Of a stretch of 64,000 bases of DNA, positions 37,303 to 47,326 are shown piece by piece. Below the pieces are notes generated by a model. The model was not told where the DNA came from and searched no databases. It was given only the letters and a program-made list of their open reading frames with translations. This DNA is from Balneolales bacterium. Lineage in GTDB: Bacteria; Bacteroidota; Rhodothermia; Balneolales; DATFMH01. A program made the position numbers and the translations under genes. The stretch spans positions 5,798 to 69,797 of the forward strand of contig DATFMH010000147.1 in assembly GCA_035267045.1 (NCBI GenBank), given 5' to 3'. Numbering within the stretch: position 1 is the stretch's first letter; every line of letters begins with the position of its first letter.

Positions 37303-37555
37303 AACTTCCTCCGATGAATAGATTAGTATTAAAAAAAACGTTCTATCCGTAAGATATGCTTAACCTTATATAAAAACATTCATCTTATAACGGTATATCG
37401 TTATATTAACTTAATGTAAATATAAATATATATAGTTAAAACGAAGAGAATAGATATTAGCAGGGAGAATAGTGTTCCTACTTTTGTATTGACAAAATAC
37501 TCTCAATTAATTGGAATCAGGATGTACCTGATTATATTGCATATCAATCAGCTGA

Positions 37556-38548
37556 TCATGAGGCTACTGCAAAAATATCTGATTCGTCAAAATTAAGAAG
37601 CAGCTCCAGGATTGGTTGCATATCATTATGCTGCATAATTTCAGCCCTGAGTTTCTTGATATTCCGGATACCTTTCAGATATTTACCATAATGTTTCTTC
37701 ATCATGATAACCCCTTTACGCTCTCCCTGATGCTTAACAGCTGCTTTGAGATGTTCCGCACACATTCCAATTTTGTCACTGATACTTGGATCGGGTAGCA
37801 ACTCACCGGTCTCAAGGTAATGCCTGGTTCGTTCGAAAATCCAGGGATTACCAATAGCTCCACGGCCAATCATAAGTCCATCGACGCCTGTTTCGTCAAA
37901 AACTTTTTTTGCAATTTCCGGGGAAGTAATATCGCCGTTTCCTATAATAGGTATTTCAAGTCCGGGCGTATCTTTAAGATATTTGAAATATTCCCATCGT
38001 GCTTCACCTTTATATTTTTGATTACGCGTACGTGCATGAACAGCCAGAGCTTTTACACCAAGGCTTTGTAATAGTAAGGCTACCTCTCTGATACGAATAC
38101 TGTTGTCATCCCATCCAAGACGTGTTTTAACGGTTACGGGTTTATTTTGTACAGCATCTATAACGTTTCCGGCCATCCGTTCCATGAGATCAAGATCCCG
38201 CAGGCATGCAGATCCGGCATTTTTTTTAACAATTTTAAAAACCGGGCATCCGAAATTGATATCTATGATATCAGGATCACTTTGTTCCGCAATTTTTGCC
38301 GCTCCGTACATAGCGTCTTCACGACCCCCGAATATCTGAATGCCAAAAGGGCGTTCTTCATCATTGAATTCCATTTTATGAAATGATTTATCGACATCCC
38401 TGATGATAGCTTCGGAACTGATGAACTCGGTGTATACAACTGAAGCTCCTTTTTGTCTGCAAAGTGATCGAAAAGGGGAGTCCGTAACATCCTCCATGGG
38501 AGCTAAAAGTAATGGACGTTCGCCTAAATCTATGTTTCCTATTCTCAT
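37556..38548 (-). CDS. dusB: tRNA-dihydrouridine synthase
   Basis: 330 aa. TIM-barrel DUS blocks are LAPMEDVTD, IDINFGCP, the catalytic GSAC Cys, VTVKTRLGWD, VHARTR, GNGDI and GLMIGRGA. Confidence 0.9.
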   Translation of the reverse strand: MRIGNIDLGERPLLLAPMEDVTDSPFRSLCRQKGASVVYTEFISSEAIIRDVDKSFHKMEFNDEERPFGIQIFGGREDAMYGAAKIAEQSDPDIIDINFGCPVFKIVKKNAGSACLRDLDLMERMAGNVIDAVQNKPVTVKTRLGWDDNSIRIREVALLLQSLGVKALAVHARTRNQKYKGEARWEYFKYLKDTPGLEIPIIGNGDITSPEIAKKVFDETGVDGLMIGRGAIGNPWIFERTRHYLETGELLPDPSISDKIGMCAEHLKAAVKHQGERKGVIMMKKHYGKYLKGIRNIKKLRAEIMQHNDMQPILELLLNFDESDIFAVAS

Positions 38549-38850
38549 GTAAAAGTGATAACTATTTTAAAGCAAAATTGTCTTGATGTTTTCTGTTCCC
38601 GTCTGTAATTAAATATTATTGAATTAATTATAGTGACAAGATAAATACCTGATTTTCAGCCACTAAAGATAGTAAAAAATACTTCCAATCAATAGAATCG
38701 GCTCATAAATTTATGGTGGAAAGCCAACAAGCTTTATATAATATTGTTTTGAATCTTGTAATATTTCCTTTTTTGTATGTATTTCAACTGCGTAACGTTT
38801 ATATTTAAAAAAGTTTTAACCTTGTATTATTTAAATTTCGGGAGGAATAT

Positions 38851-39927
38851 ATGCCTTTAGCTCTATCGAGCATCGAAGAATTACTGGGCGAAGAGTCAGA
38901 AAAGCTCTTAGGCCATACTTGTACGACCATACCAAAAGAGAATATTCATGTTCCAGGTTCAACTTATGTTGATGACATTTGGTATCATTCTAACAGAAAC
39001 AACAGAGTTTTGTCAAATCTTCAACGGATTATTGATCATGGCCGTTTAGGCGGTACCGGTTATGTGTCCATTTTACCGGTAGATCAGGGAGTGGAACATT
39101 CGGGCGGAGCATCATTTGCCAAGAATCCACAATACTTTGATCCTGAGAATATTGTGAAACTCGCTGTAGAAGGTGGTTGTAATGCCGTAGCATCTACGTT
39201 TGGTGTCTTAGGTTCTGTTTCACGTAAATATGCACATAAGATTCCATTCATCGTAAAAATAAACCATAATGAATTGTTGACGTATCCGAATAATTATCAG
39301 CAAATCATGTTCGGTACTATCGATGACGCCTATAATATGGGTGCTGCCGCTGTTGGCGCAACGATCTATTTCGGTTCGGAAGATTCGAATCGTGAGATCA
39401 TCGAAGTGGCGGAAGCTTTCAGTTATGCTCATGAATTGGGAATGGCAACTATCCTATGGTGCTATATCCGTAATGATGCTTTTAAAGTTGATGGAAAAGA
39501 TTACCACACATCAGCGGATTTGACCAGTCAGGCCAATCATCTTGGTGTAACGTTACAAGCCGATATTGTAAAACAAAAATTACCTACCATAAATGGTGGT
39601 TTTAAAGCTTTGAATACCGGAGACTCATCTTATGGAAAATTGGATGAACGAATTTATACTGAATTGACAACCGATCATCCCATTGATTTAACCCGTTATC
39701 AGGTTGCCAACAGCTACATGGGCCGTGCCGGTTTGATTAACTCTGGCGGCGCATCCGGTAAAAATGATTTTGCTGATGCTGTTAAGACAGCTGTCATTAA
39801 TAAAAGAGCCGGCGGCATGGGACTTATAAGTGGCCGTAAAGCATTCCAGCGTCCAATGGAAGAAGGAGTTAAATTACTCAATATGATTCAGGACGTTTAC
39901 CTGGATGATGGGATAACTATTGCTTAA
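38851..39927 (+). CDS. fbaB: Class I fructose-bisphosphate aldolase (FbaB/DhnA type)
   Basis: 358 aa, colinear with my recollection of E. coli FbaB: [32 protein letters not shown] (Schiff-base Lys region), [13 protein letters not shown] and [25 protein letters not shown] Shine-Dalgarno sequence lies 5 nt upstream of the ATG. Confidence 0.9.
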   Translation: MPLALSSIEELLGEESEKLLGHTCTTIPKENIHVPGSTYVDDIWYHSNRNNRVLSNLQRIIDHGRLGGTGYVSILPVDQGVEHSGGASFAKNPQYFDPENIVKLAVEGGCNAVASTFGVLGSVSRKYAHKIPFIVKINHNELLTYPNNYQQIMFGTIDDAYNMGAAAVGATIYFGSEDSNREIIEVAEAFSYAHELGMATILWCYIRNDAFKVDGKDYHTSADLTSQANHLGVTLQADIVKQKLPTINGGFKALNTGDSSYGKLDERIYTELTTDHPIDLTRYQVANSYMGRAGLINSGGASGKNDFADAVKTAVINKRAGGMGLISGRKAFQRPMEEGVKLLNMIQDVYLDDGITIA

Positions 39928-39956
39928 TACAGCATCTTTTATTCTAATTCTTAAAA

Positions 39957-39999
39957 AATGGTCTCACAGTAATATGACTGTGAGACCATTTTATTTTTT
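39957..39999 (+). terminator. Rho-independent terminator of fbaB
   Basis: A perfect 14-bp stem pairs AATGGTCTCACAGT (39957-39970) with ACTGTGAGACCATT (39977-39990) around a 6-nt loop. It is followed by TTATTTTTT. Confidence 0.9.
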
Positions 40000-40200
40000 A
40001 TAATACAATATAAATATTTAAGAATTAGTGTATTTCATTTGGTATTAATTGCATAATAATAAGTGACTTGTCCTGTTTATTTATAGAAGTTTGGATCATG
40101 AGTGATAAAGACTTTATTAAGCATGGAAATTCCTATGGTAAAAAATCGTATAAAAAAAGTATCTTTGTATTGTTTTACCTTGAGTAAAGAGAGCAACTCG

Positions 40201-40258
40201 ATCAATTGATACTACTGGATAATCAATGGCAATCAATATGTTCCCTGATATCATCAAT
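40201..40258. promoter_or_regulatory. Helically phased ATCAAT repeats and a 10-bp palindrome upstream of the flippase-like/radA operon
   Basis: ATCAAT occurs at 40201 (inside the palindrome ATCAATTGAT), 40222, 40232 and 40253, giving spacings of 21, 10 and 21 nt. A further ATTGAT lies at 40332. The binding factor is unknown. Confidence 0.3.
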
Positions 40259-40371
40259 ATGGCTGACATTAATTATCAGAATTATAAAAAGTATTTCTTA
40301 TAAAGGCACAATTGAGCAGGCAACTTGCTTGATTGATTAACATTGCCTGTTTGTGCATTTTAAAATAATCT

Positions 40372-41502
40372 ATGAGTCAAAACGACATAAACGTACCGGT
40401 CGATAATAATAGCGTTCAAGAAGATCCGAAAAAGTATTTCTCCATTAAATACCTGATTACTTCTATTACGCTCAGTATTATTGGTATGGCGGTAGTAATA
40501 TACTACACGTATACTCCCGGCATTTTTGAGCATTTAGCATTTAAACGCCTGCCGGGTTTATTGATAGCGCTTGTGGTATCGGTGTTGAGAGTTTGGTTTT
40601 CAGCTGCAAAAATTCGTTATCTGGCCAATAAGGAAGTGAGTTGGTTAGCGGCATTTCGAATTGTTCTTGTATGGGATTTTACTTCTGCCATAACACCGTC
40701 ATCAATCGGTGGAGCACCTATGGCAACTTATGCAATGTCTAAGGAAAATCTGGCATTGGGTAAGTCAACGGCGATAATCCTATATGCCATGCTTCTGGAT
40801 ATGTTTTGGTTCGCTCTCGTGATTCCTATTCTTATCGTTGCTGGTTTCTATTTTGCTGTGATACCTGCCAATATCGGATGGGTTGGAGAAGGGGTCATGT
40901 TTATTATCTATTTCGCATTGTTGACCTACGCCTCCTTCCTGACATACGCTGTTTTGGTGAATCCAACAGTATTGAAGAAGTTCATTGGTGTAATTTTCCG
41001 ATTGCCTATATTACGCCGGTATCGCCATAAAGTTGAAAAAGAAGCGGATATTCTTGAACAGACATCCCATGAACTCAAGGATAAACCTATGTCTTTTTTG
41101 TTCAAAGCTTTTATTTTGTCGTCAATGTCATGGCTTGCAAGAATATGGCTGCCCACGATTGTTGTTCTTAGTTTTTTACCGGCTGATGTTGGCCTGTCGT
41201 TCTTACGCAGTATGGCTATGAACCTCGCGGGATTGTTTATGCCAACACCGGGTGGAAGCGGCGGAATGGAGGGGCTATTCGCATTGTTTCAGGGTCCCTT
41301 AATGAGTAAGAAGGGTTTTATTGGTATATCCGTATTTATGTGGCGATTTATAAGTTATTACATCAGTATTGGATTGGGAATGATGGCTACTACATGGTAT
41401 TTGAACAGGTCGGTTGTGGATACGATATCAGATCAAAATAAATCGGATAATTCTTCTAAGAGTGAAGTTGTAAGTGAGCAAAAAGCTGATATTTCTCTCT
41501 GA
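40372..41502 (+). CDS. UPF0104 / lysylphosphatidylglycerol-synthase-TM-region-like (flippase-like) membrane protein
   Basis: 376 aa with about 8 TM helices. The family-typical R.W..A.K.R block (VLRVWFSAAKIRYL) and TPGGSGGMEG near the C-terminus are present. Confidence 0.7.
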   Translation: MSQNDINVPVDNNSVQEDPKKYFSIKYLITSITLSIIGMAVVIYYTYTPGIFEHLAFKRLPGLLIALVVSVLRVWFSAAKIRYLANKEVSWLAAFRIVLVWDFTSAITPSSIGGAPMATYAMSKENLALGKSTAIILYAMLLDMFWFALVIPILIVAGFYFAVIPANIGWVGEGVMFIIYFALLTYASFLTYAVLVNPTVLKKFIGVIFRLPILRRYRHKVEKEADILEQTSHELKDKPMSFLFKAFILSSMSWLARIWLPTIVVLSFLPADVGLSFLRSMAMNLAGLFMPTPGGSGGMEGLFALFQGPLMSKKGFIGISVFMWRFISYYISIGLGMMATTWYLNRSVVDTISDQNKSDNSSKSEVVSEQKADISL

Positions 41503-42866
41503 TGGCTAAAATAAAAAAATATTTCAAATGTAAGGAATGTGGACACAAATCCAGCAGGTGGCTGGGAAATTGTCCTTCATGCCACAAGTGGAATACTTAC
41601 GAGGAAGTCACGGAAGAACCGGTCAGCAATAAACAGGTGACACACAAAGCCCGTTTAAGCGGATCTAAACCGGTAGAACCCGTTAAACTGAGTCAGATTA
41701 AGTATAATAAAGATGAACGTATTTGTACGGGCATAGGTGAACTTGACAGGGTACTCGGAGGCGGGTTCATGCCTGCATCTTTCGTATTACTCGGTGGTGA
41801 TCCCGGTATCGGCAAAAGCACGCTGACGCTGCATATCGCGCAACAAAACCCAGAGTTATCCATATTGTACTGTTCCGGGGAAGAGTCTGAAAGCCAGATT
41901 AAGCAGCGCTCCGACCGTCTCGGGTTGAAGTCTGAGAAACTGCATGTTTATACGGAAACGAATTTGGATAATATCATTAAACAGGCAAGAAAGCTTCAAC
42001 CCGATCTGTTAGTAGTCGATTCCATACAAACGGTTTATCGTCCTGAGCTGCAAAGCATGCCGGGTAATATAACGCAGGTAAAGGAATGTGCTTCGATGTT
42101 GATTCAGTTAGCCAAGAAAGAACATATCACAACGCTGGCTATAGGTCACGTTACCAAAGAAGGTGATTTGGCGGGGCCGCGTGTTCTGGAACATATGGTA
42201 GATACCGTATTGCAGTTTGAAGGTGATAATAACTATAGTTACCGGCTTCTGAGAAGTGTTAAGAACCGGTTTGGTTCAATTAACGAAATCGGCGTTTTCG
42301 AGATGGATGGTAAAGGGTTGCGTGAGATAACGAATCCTTCTCAAATATTTATCTCGGATTACGACAGTTCAATAAGCGGCAATACCGTAATATGTGCGAT
42401 GGAAGGAACCAGGCCATTATTGCTGGAAGTTCAGGCGCTTGTTGCCAACAGTAGTTATGGTGTACCACAAAGAACAACAACGGCTTTTGATCAGCGCCGA
42501 TTATCACTCCTGCTGGCGGTTTTGGAAAAACGATGTGGATTTCATTTTTCAAGTCAGGATGTATTTCTGAATATTGCCGGAGGGATAAAACTCACGGAGA
42601 CGGCTTGCGACATCGGGTTGATTACAGCTATTATTTCGAGCCTGATTGATAAACCGATCCTGAAAAATATTGCATTTGTTGGTGAAGTAGGCCTGGGAGC
42701 TGAAGTAAGGGCAATCAGTAAAATAGATCAGCGTATCCGGGAGGTACAAAAAATGGGCTTTGAATCGATTATTATACCAAAGGCAAATAAATACAAATCC
42801 AAAACCCAAAAACTCAATATCATTGAGGTATCTAATATTTCTGAAGTATTAAATAAATTCTTTTAG
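41502..42866 (+). CDS. radA: DNA repair protein RadA/Sms
   Basis: 454 aa. Its start overlaps the upstream stop (TGATG). It has the C4 zinc ribbon CKECGH...CPSC, Walker A GDPGIGKST, the KNRFG motif and a Lon-protease-like C-terminal domain. Confidence 0.95.
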   Translation: MAKIKKYFKCKECGHKSSRWLGNCPSCHKWNTYEEVTEEPVSNKQVTHKARLSGSKPVEPVKLSQIKYNKDERICTGIGELDRVLGGGFMPASFVLLGGDPGIGKSTLTLHIAQQNPELSILYCSGEESESQIKQRSDRLGLKSEKLHVYTETNLDNIIKQARKLQPDLLVVDSIQTVYRPELQSMPGNITQVKECASMLIQLAKKEHITTLAIGHVTKEGDLAGPRVLEHMVDTVLQFEGDNNYSYRLLRSVKNRFGSINEIGVFEMDGKGLREITNPSQIFISDYDSSISGNTVICAMEGTRPLLLEVQALVANSSYGVPQRTTTAFDQRRLSLLLAVLEKRCGFHFSSQDVFLNIAGGIKLTETACDIGLITAIISSLIDKPILKNIAFVGEVGLGAEVRAISKIDQRIREVQKMGFESIIIPKANKYKSKTQKLNIIEVSNISEVLNKFF

Positions 42867-42910
42867 TCCACCTCCTTCATCAAATAGACTTTGATACCTC
42901 ATTCCAGGTT

Positions 42911-42942
42911 AAAAAATCATAGCGTACAATTAATCGCTATGA
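42911..42942 (-). terminator. Rho-independent terminator of rpsU
   Basis: The minus strand reads TCATAGCG-ATTAATTGTA-CGCTATGA followed by TTTTTT. The 8-bp perfect stem pairs 42917-42924 with 42935-42942 and starts 4 nt after the rpsU stop. Confidence 0.65.
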
Positions 42943-42946
42943 GATA

Positions 42947-43141
42947 CTAATAATTTTCTCTTTGACGGCGACGTTCTTCACGTACACTTTTTTTCATTGC
43001 TTCACGACGTTCTTCTGATGGTTTGGTATATTGTTGTCTGTCTTTATACTCAACCATGATGCGTGAACGTGTAATCATTTTTTTGAATCGATTAATAGCA
43101 CGATCGATACTTTCGTTGTCTTTTACTTTAACTCCAAGCAT
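42947..43141 (-). CDS. rpsU: 30S ribosomal protein S21
   Basis: 64 aa and highly basic. The pattern V.V..NESIDRA..RFKK.....R...E...R..Y.KPSE.RR is typical of bS21. Confidence 0.9.
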   Translation of the reverse strand: MLGVKVKDNESIDRAINRFKKMITRSRIMVEYKDRQQYTKPSEERREAMKKSVREERRRQRENY

Positions 43142-43195
43142 AAAATATTTTAAATTATTCGTTTTTTAGTGAACTAACGTTAATTTCCCTAAAAT

Positions 43196-45238
43196 ATGAT
43201 AGGAATAACCAATATAACATTTTTTATATCAAATCGCTGTATTTTCTCTAATGTTAATTTTCAAATTAGCAGAGGCGACAGAATAGGGTTGGTCGGACCC
43301 AATGGCGCGGGAAAAACAACGCTTCTCAGGCTTATAACCGGTAAATATACACCGGAAAATGGTCAAATAGAGATCCCCAAAGGGGTGAAAGTCGGGTACC
43401 TGGAACAGGAGGTACACGAGAAGAATTCTGATAAAAGTATCAAAGAACTGGCTCTGCGCGCTTTTGATGAAGCCATTCAAATAGAGAAGAAGATCCACAA
43501 ACTGAGCCATAAGGTCGGAGAGGTTACCGATTTCTATTCAGATGAATATCATGATTTACTGGAGGAATTGGAGCATCTGCAAGCCCGTTATGAATTATTG
43601 GAAGGGGACAAGAAGGAGTCCAAGACGGAAGAAGTTTTGGAAGGGCTCGGTTTCAAGACGCATCAACTTGATCTGCCATTATCTCAATTCAGCGGAGGAT
43701 GGCGAATGAGAGTCGCCCTGGCAAAAATACTATTGGAAAAGCCGGATCTGCTTTTATTGGATGAGCCGACAAATCACCTTGATATCGACTCAATAGAATG
43801 GCTGGAACAGTATCTCTATTCCTATGATGGCGCTGTCGTCATTGTTAGCCATGATCAGTATTTCCTTAATCGTCTTGTTACGAGCATTTTTGAAGTGAGA
43901 AGCAAGAAAATATTTCAATATGAAGGTAATTATGACGCTTACCTCGATCAGAGGGAAGAACAGATAGAACAACAACAAAGGACATACGAAGCCCAGCAAA
44001 AGATTATAGCCGATGCTGAAAAGTTTATCGATCGTTTCAGATATAAAGCGACGAAAGCCAAACAGGTACAGAGCCGCATCAAACAGCTTGAGAAAATGGA
44101 CATGGTTGAAGAACCTGAACCTCAACAGGAAGAGATACATTTTCATTTTCCCGAGCCTCCGAGGAGTGGGAAGGTTGTTCTGAATATTGATAATTTAATT
44201 AAAACGTATTCTACATCAGATGATAATAAACCTGTTAAAGTATTTACCGAAGGTCAGGATCTGGAGGTTGAAAGAGGTGATAAGATTGCTATCGTCGGTG
44301 CCAATGGAGCCGGCAAATCGACCCTGGCACGTATCGTTAATGGTATTGAACCTTTCGATGGAACACGTAAGGTAGGCCATAATGTGCAAATGACCTTTTT
44401 TGCACAACACCTGGCCGATGTCATGGAGTCGGGCAGGGAAGTTCTTGAAGAAATGGAATTATCGGCTCGCACACCGGAGGCAAGGGCACAGGTTCGAACT
44501 ATTTTGGGCTGTTTCCTATTTACCGGTGACGATGTTTTTAAGAAGATCGATGTTTTGAGTGGGGGTGAGCGCAGCCGTCTGGCTTTGGCAAAAACATTAT
44601 TAGAACCTGCAAATCTTCTCATTCTTGATGAGCCGACAAATCACCTGGACATTAATTCGAAAAATATCTTACTGGACGCGTTAAAAGAATTTCAGGGAAC
44701 GGTTATTGCCATTAGTCACGATCGCCATTTCTTAGCGGGTTTCGCAACTAAGATATGGCGTGTGGAAAATGGACGTGTAAAAATTTATCCGGGTAATTAT
44801 GAGTATTACCAATGGAAAAGAAAAAAGGAACAGGAAGAAGAATTAAAAAATTCTGGTAACGTTTCACCAAAAAAATCTGATTCTGCTAAGTCGGATGAAG
44901 GTAAAGTTGTTCCCCCAAAAGATATAAGCGGACCAAAATCGAAAGAACAAAAACGATTTGAGGCACAATTACGTAATCGTTTCAGTCAAAAAACAAAACC
45001 AATTCGGAATACAATCCACAAAATAGAAAAGAAAATTGATGAGTTGGAATCCCGGAAGGAAGAGCTGGAAGTAATAATGGCAAATCCGGAAACCTATCAG
45101 GATGGTGAAGCTGCCGGACTGACGATGGAATATCAACAGGTTGAAAGCGACTTAGATAAGATACTGGAAGAATGGGCGTTTAAAACGGAAGAACTGGAGC
45201 ATATCGAAGAGCAGATCAAAGCTGAAATAAATGATTAA
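43196..45238 (+). CDS. ABC-F family ATPase (two ABC cassettes, no TM domain, C-terminal coiled coil)
   Basis: 680 aa. Walker A motifs are GPNGAGKTT and GANGAGKST. Signatures are LSGGWRMR and LSGGERSR. Walker B motifs are LLLDEPTNHLD and LILDEPTNHLD. The tail is K/E-rich. Confidence 0.9.
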   Translation: MIGITNITFFISNRCIFSNVNFQISRGDRIGLVGPNGAGKTTLLRLITGKYTPENGQIEIPKGVKVGYLEQEVHEKNSDKSIKELALRAFDEAIQIEKKIHKLSHKVGEVTDFYSDEYHDLLEELEHLQARYELLEGDKKESKTEEVLEGLGFKTHQLDLPLSQFSGGWRMRVALAKILLEKPDLLLLDEPTNHLDIDSIEWLEQYLYSYDGAVVIVSHDQYFLNRLVTSIFEVRSKKIFQYEGNYDAYLDQREEQIEQQQRTYEAQQKIIADAEKFIDRFRYKATKAKQVQSRIKQLEKMDMVEEPEPQQEEIHFHFPEPPRSGKVVLNIDNLIKTYSTSDDNKPVKVFTEGQDLEVERGDKIAIVGANGAGKSTLARIVNGIEPFDGTRKVGHNVQMTFFAQHLADVMESGREVLEEMELSARTPEARAQVRTILGCFLFTGDDVFKKIDVLSGGERSRLALAKTLLEPANLLILDEPTNHLDINSKNILLDALKEFQGTVIAISHDRHFLAGFATKIWRVENGRVKIYPGNYEYYQWKRKKEQEEELKNSGNVSPKKSDSAKSDEGKVVPPKDISGPKSKEQKRFEAQLRNRFSQKTKPIRNTIHKIEKKIDELESRKEELEVIMANPETYQDGEAAGLTMEYQQVESDLDKILEEWAFKTEELEHIEEQIKAEIND

Positions 45239-45345
45239 TTTTCTGTGAGGAAGGGTTCCTCTTATACTTGCCACAGAATTACGCAGATCAATGCGGATAA
45301 AATTTTTGAAAAATGAATTTACTGTGATTTTACAGCGAATAGCTT

Positions 45346-46191
45346 TTAATCAATTTTGGGGTTGATAATAAATTGAGTAGGAATTGTAAAATCCAGAATT
45401 CCCAGACCGAATAAGGCATAATCATATTTCGCGGGATCATCCGGATCTAATTGTTGTAAACGTCGAGTGAGTTCAAGAACAGCTTTCCAGTTATTCTGTC
45501 TTCGTGAGAGAAGCCCCAGTTTCCGGGCATATCTGGCGACATGCACATCCAATGGAATTTTAAGTTCTGACACCGGCATAAAATCCATGATTCCCGGGTC
45601 TACAATACTATTTTTTCTCAGGCTCCATCGCAGGTAAAGATAAAGTCGTTTACAGGAACTGTTTTTATCGGTAGTGGCAATATGTTTTCTAACCCGATGG
45701 GGTGTTTCAGGATAAAAGGAGAAGAATTTTTCATGGAACACACCCATTAGTTCCCGGTGTTCGTTGTTAGCAAGTTGGTAACAGGATTCCCAGAAATTCT
45801 CAAATGAACCGTTTTCCTGAATGATCGCCGATAGGATCCGTATGATCCAGTAGATATCCGAATCTTTGAAAGTTCTGTGTTTAAACCCTTTTATATATGT
45901 AAAATCGGATTCAGAAAAGTTACCAATAAATTCACCGGGTTTATTATTCATTCGCTGAAGCAAATCCTCGACTTTAGCCAATACGATATCTCTCCTTCCC
46001 CAGGCCATAATAGCAGCAAAAAAACCGGCTAATTCCTGGTCTTTTTTATTGTTGAAGGCATGCATGAAACTTACCGGATCATGTTCGATGTATTCGGGCT
46101 GCTCAACGTTCCATACTAATTCATCGAGGTAGGGCTTTAGCTCTATCAGCTTTTTATCTGAAATTGTTTTAAATGGTTTTCGCACCGCCAT
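45346..46191 (-). CDS. TIGR02757 (DUF2400) family protein
   Basis: 281 aa. The block HDPVSFMH...ELAGFFAAIMAWGRRD matches my recollection of the TIGR02757 signature. The C-terminal part carries LDVHVARYARKLGLL. It lies 17 nt downstream of mutY. Confidence 0.7.
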   Translation of the reverse strand: MAVRKPFKTISDKKLIELKPYLDELVWNVEQPEYIEHDPVSFMHAFNNKKDQELAGFFAAIMAWGRRDIVLAKVEDLLQRMNNKPGEFIGNFSESDFTYIKGFKHRTFKDSDIYWIIRILSAIIQENGSFENFWESCYQLANNEHRELMGVFHEKFFSFYPETPHRVRKHIATTDKNSSCKRLYLYLRWSLRKNSIVDPGIMDFMPVSELKIPLDVHVARYARKLGLLSRRQNNWKAVLELTRRLQQLDPDDPAKYDYALFGLGILDFTIPTQFIINPKID

Positions 46192-46208
46192 GTTCTTACT
46201 CCGCTTCC

Positions 46209-47282
46209 TTAAACTTGTTGAGTAAGTTCTTCAATAAGTGTCCTGTTAGCCTTTGGAAAGGGATATTGATCCAGTTTGGTAATGGGAACCCATCGAATTT
46301 CCTGGCTGCTTTTCGGTTTGGGAGTACCGCTGATCAATGAACAGAAAAAAGCATGTAAGGTTATCGTGAAATGAGAATAAGCGTGTTTAAGATCCATCAT
46401 TTTGGGACCTACAGTAACCTCTATATCTAGTTCCTCTTTAATCTCACGAAGTACCGTATCCCGGATTTTTTCACCATTTTCTTTCTTGCCCCCGGGAAAT
46501 TCCCAAAGGTTTCCAAGCATGGCTTTTTCCGGTCGGAGAGCGATTAATACTTCTTTACGGTCATTTAATATAATCCCAACACCTATATGATGATGCGGCC
46601 TTTTTTTTGCACGGGATTTATATGGTAATCGATCATAAGCAGTTGTTTTATAAGCAACACAATCATTATTCAGTGGACAATTAAGACAATCCGGATTTGT
46701 CGGTGTACAAGTTACGGCACCCAATTCCATTATTGCCTGATTGAAATCGCCTGGTTCCTGATGATCTATTAATTCATCAGCTATTTTTTGGATATCATTC
46801 TTTACTTTGTTTTGCCGTACATCTTCCCCGATACCGAAATAACGTGCTAAAACACGGATAACATTTCCGTCAACAACGGCATATGGTTTATTAAAAGCTA
46901 TGCTAAGGATAGCGGATGCCGTATAAGGGCCAATTCCTTTTAGCTTTGTAATATTATCCCAATTATCCGGGATATAACCGCTAAATTCATCTACTACCAT
47001 TTTTGCAGCACTATGAAGATTGCGGGCCCGGCTATAATATCCCAACCCTTCCCAAACTAATAAGATATCGTGAATATCAGCCCGGGCAAGATCGAAAACA
47101 GTCGGAAATTGTTCGATAAATCGATTATAATAAGGTTCCGCCTGATCCACCCGCGTTTGTTGCAGCATGATTTCAGAAATCCAAATCTTATAAGGATCGC
47201 CGCAGTCACGCCATGGCATTTCACGTTTATTAGTGTTATACCATTTTAGAATTGACTGACTGAATGTCTTAGAATAATCCAA
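46209..47282 (-). CDS. mutY: A/G-specific adenine DNA glycosylase
   Basis: 357 aa with a TTG start. It has the HhH LKGIGPYTASAI, VDGNVIRVLARYFGI, the 4Fe-4S cluster loop CTPTNPDCLNCPLNNDC and a C-terminal Nudix-like domain (GNLWEFPGGKKE). Confidence 0.9.
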   Translation of the reverse strand: MDYSKTFSQSILKWYNTNKREMPWRDCGDPYKIWISEIMLQQTRVDQAEPYYNRFIEQFPTVFDLARADIHDILLVWEGLGYYSRARNLHSAAKMVVDEFSGYIPDNWDNITKLKGIGPYTASAILSIAFNKPYAVVDGNVIRVLARYFGIGEDVRQNKVKNDIQKIADELIDHQEPGDFNQAIMELGAVTCTPTNPDCLNCPLNNDCVAYKTTAYDRLPYKSRAKKRPHHHIGVGIILNDRKEVLIALRPEKAMLGNLWEFPGGKKENGEKIRDTVLREIKEELDIEVTVGPKMMDLKHAYSHFTITLHAFFCSLISGTPKPKSSQEIRWVPITKLDQYPFPKANRTLIEELTQQV

Positions 47283-47326
47283 AACTATAAAAGATAAAAT
47301 TCGATAAGTAGAGGCTTCTGATTCAA

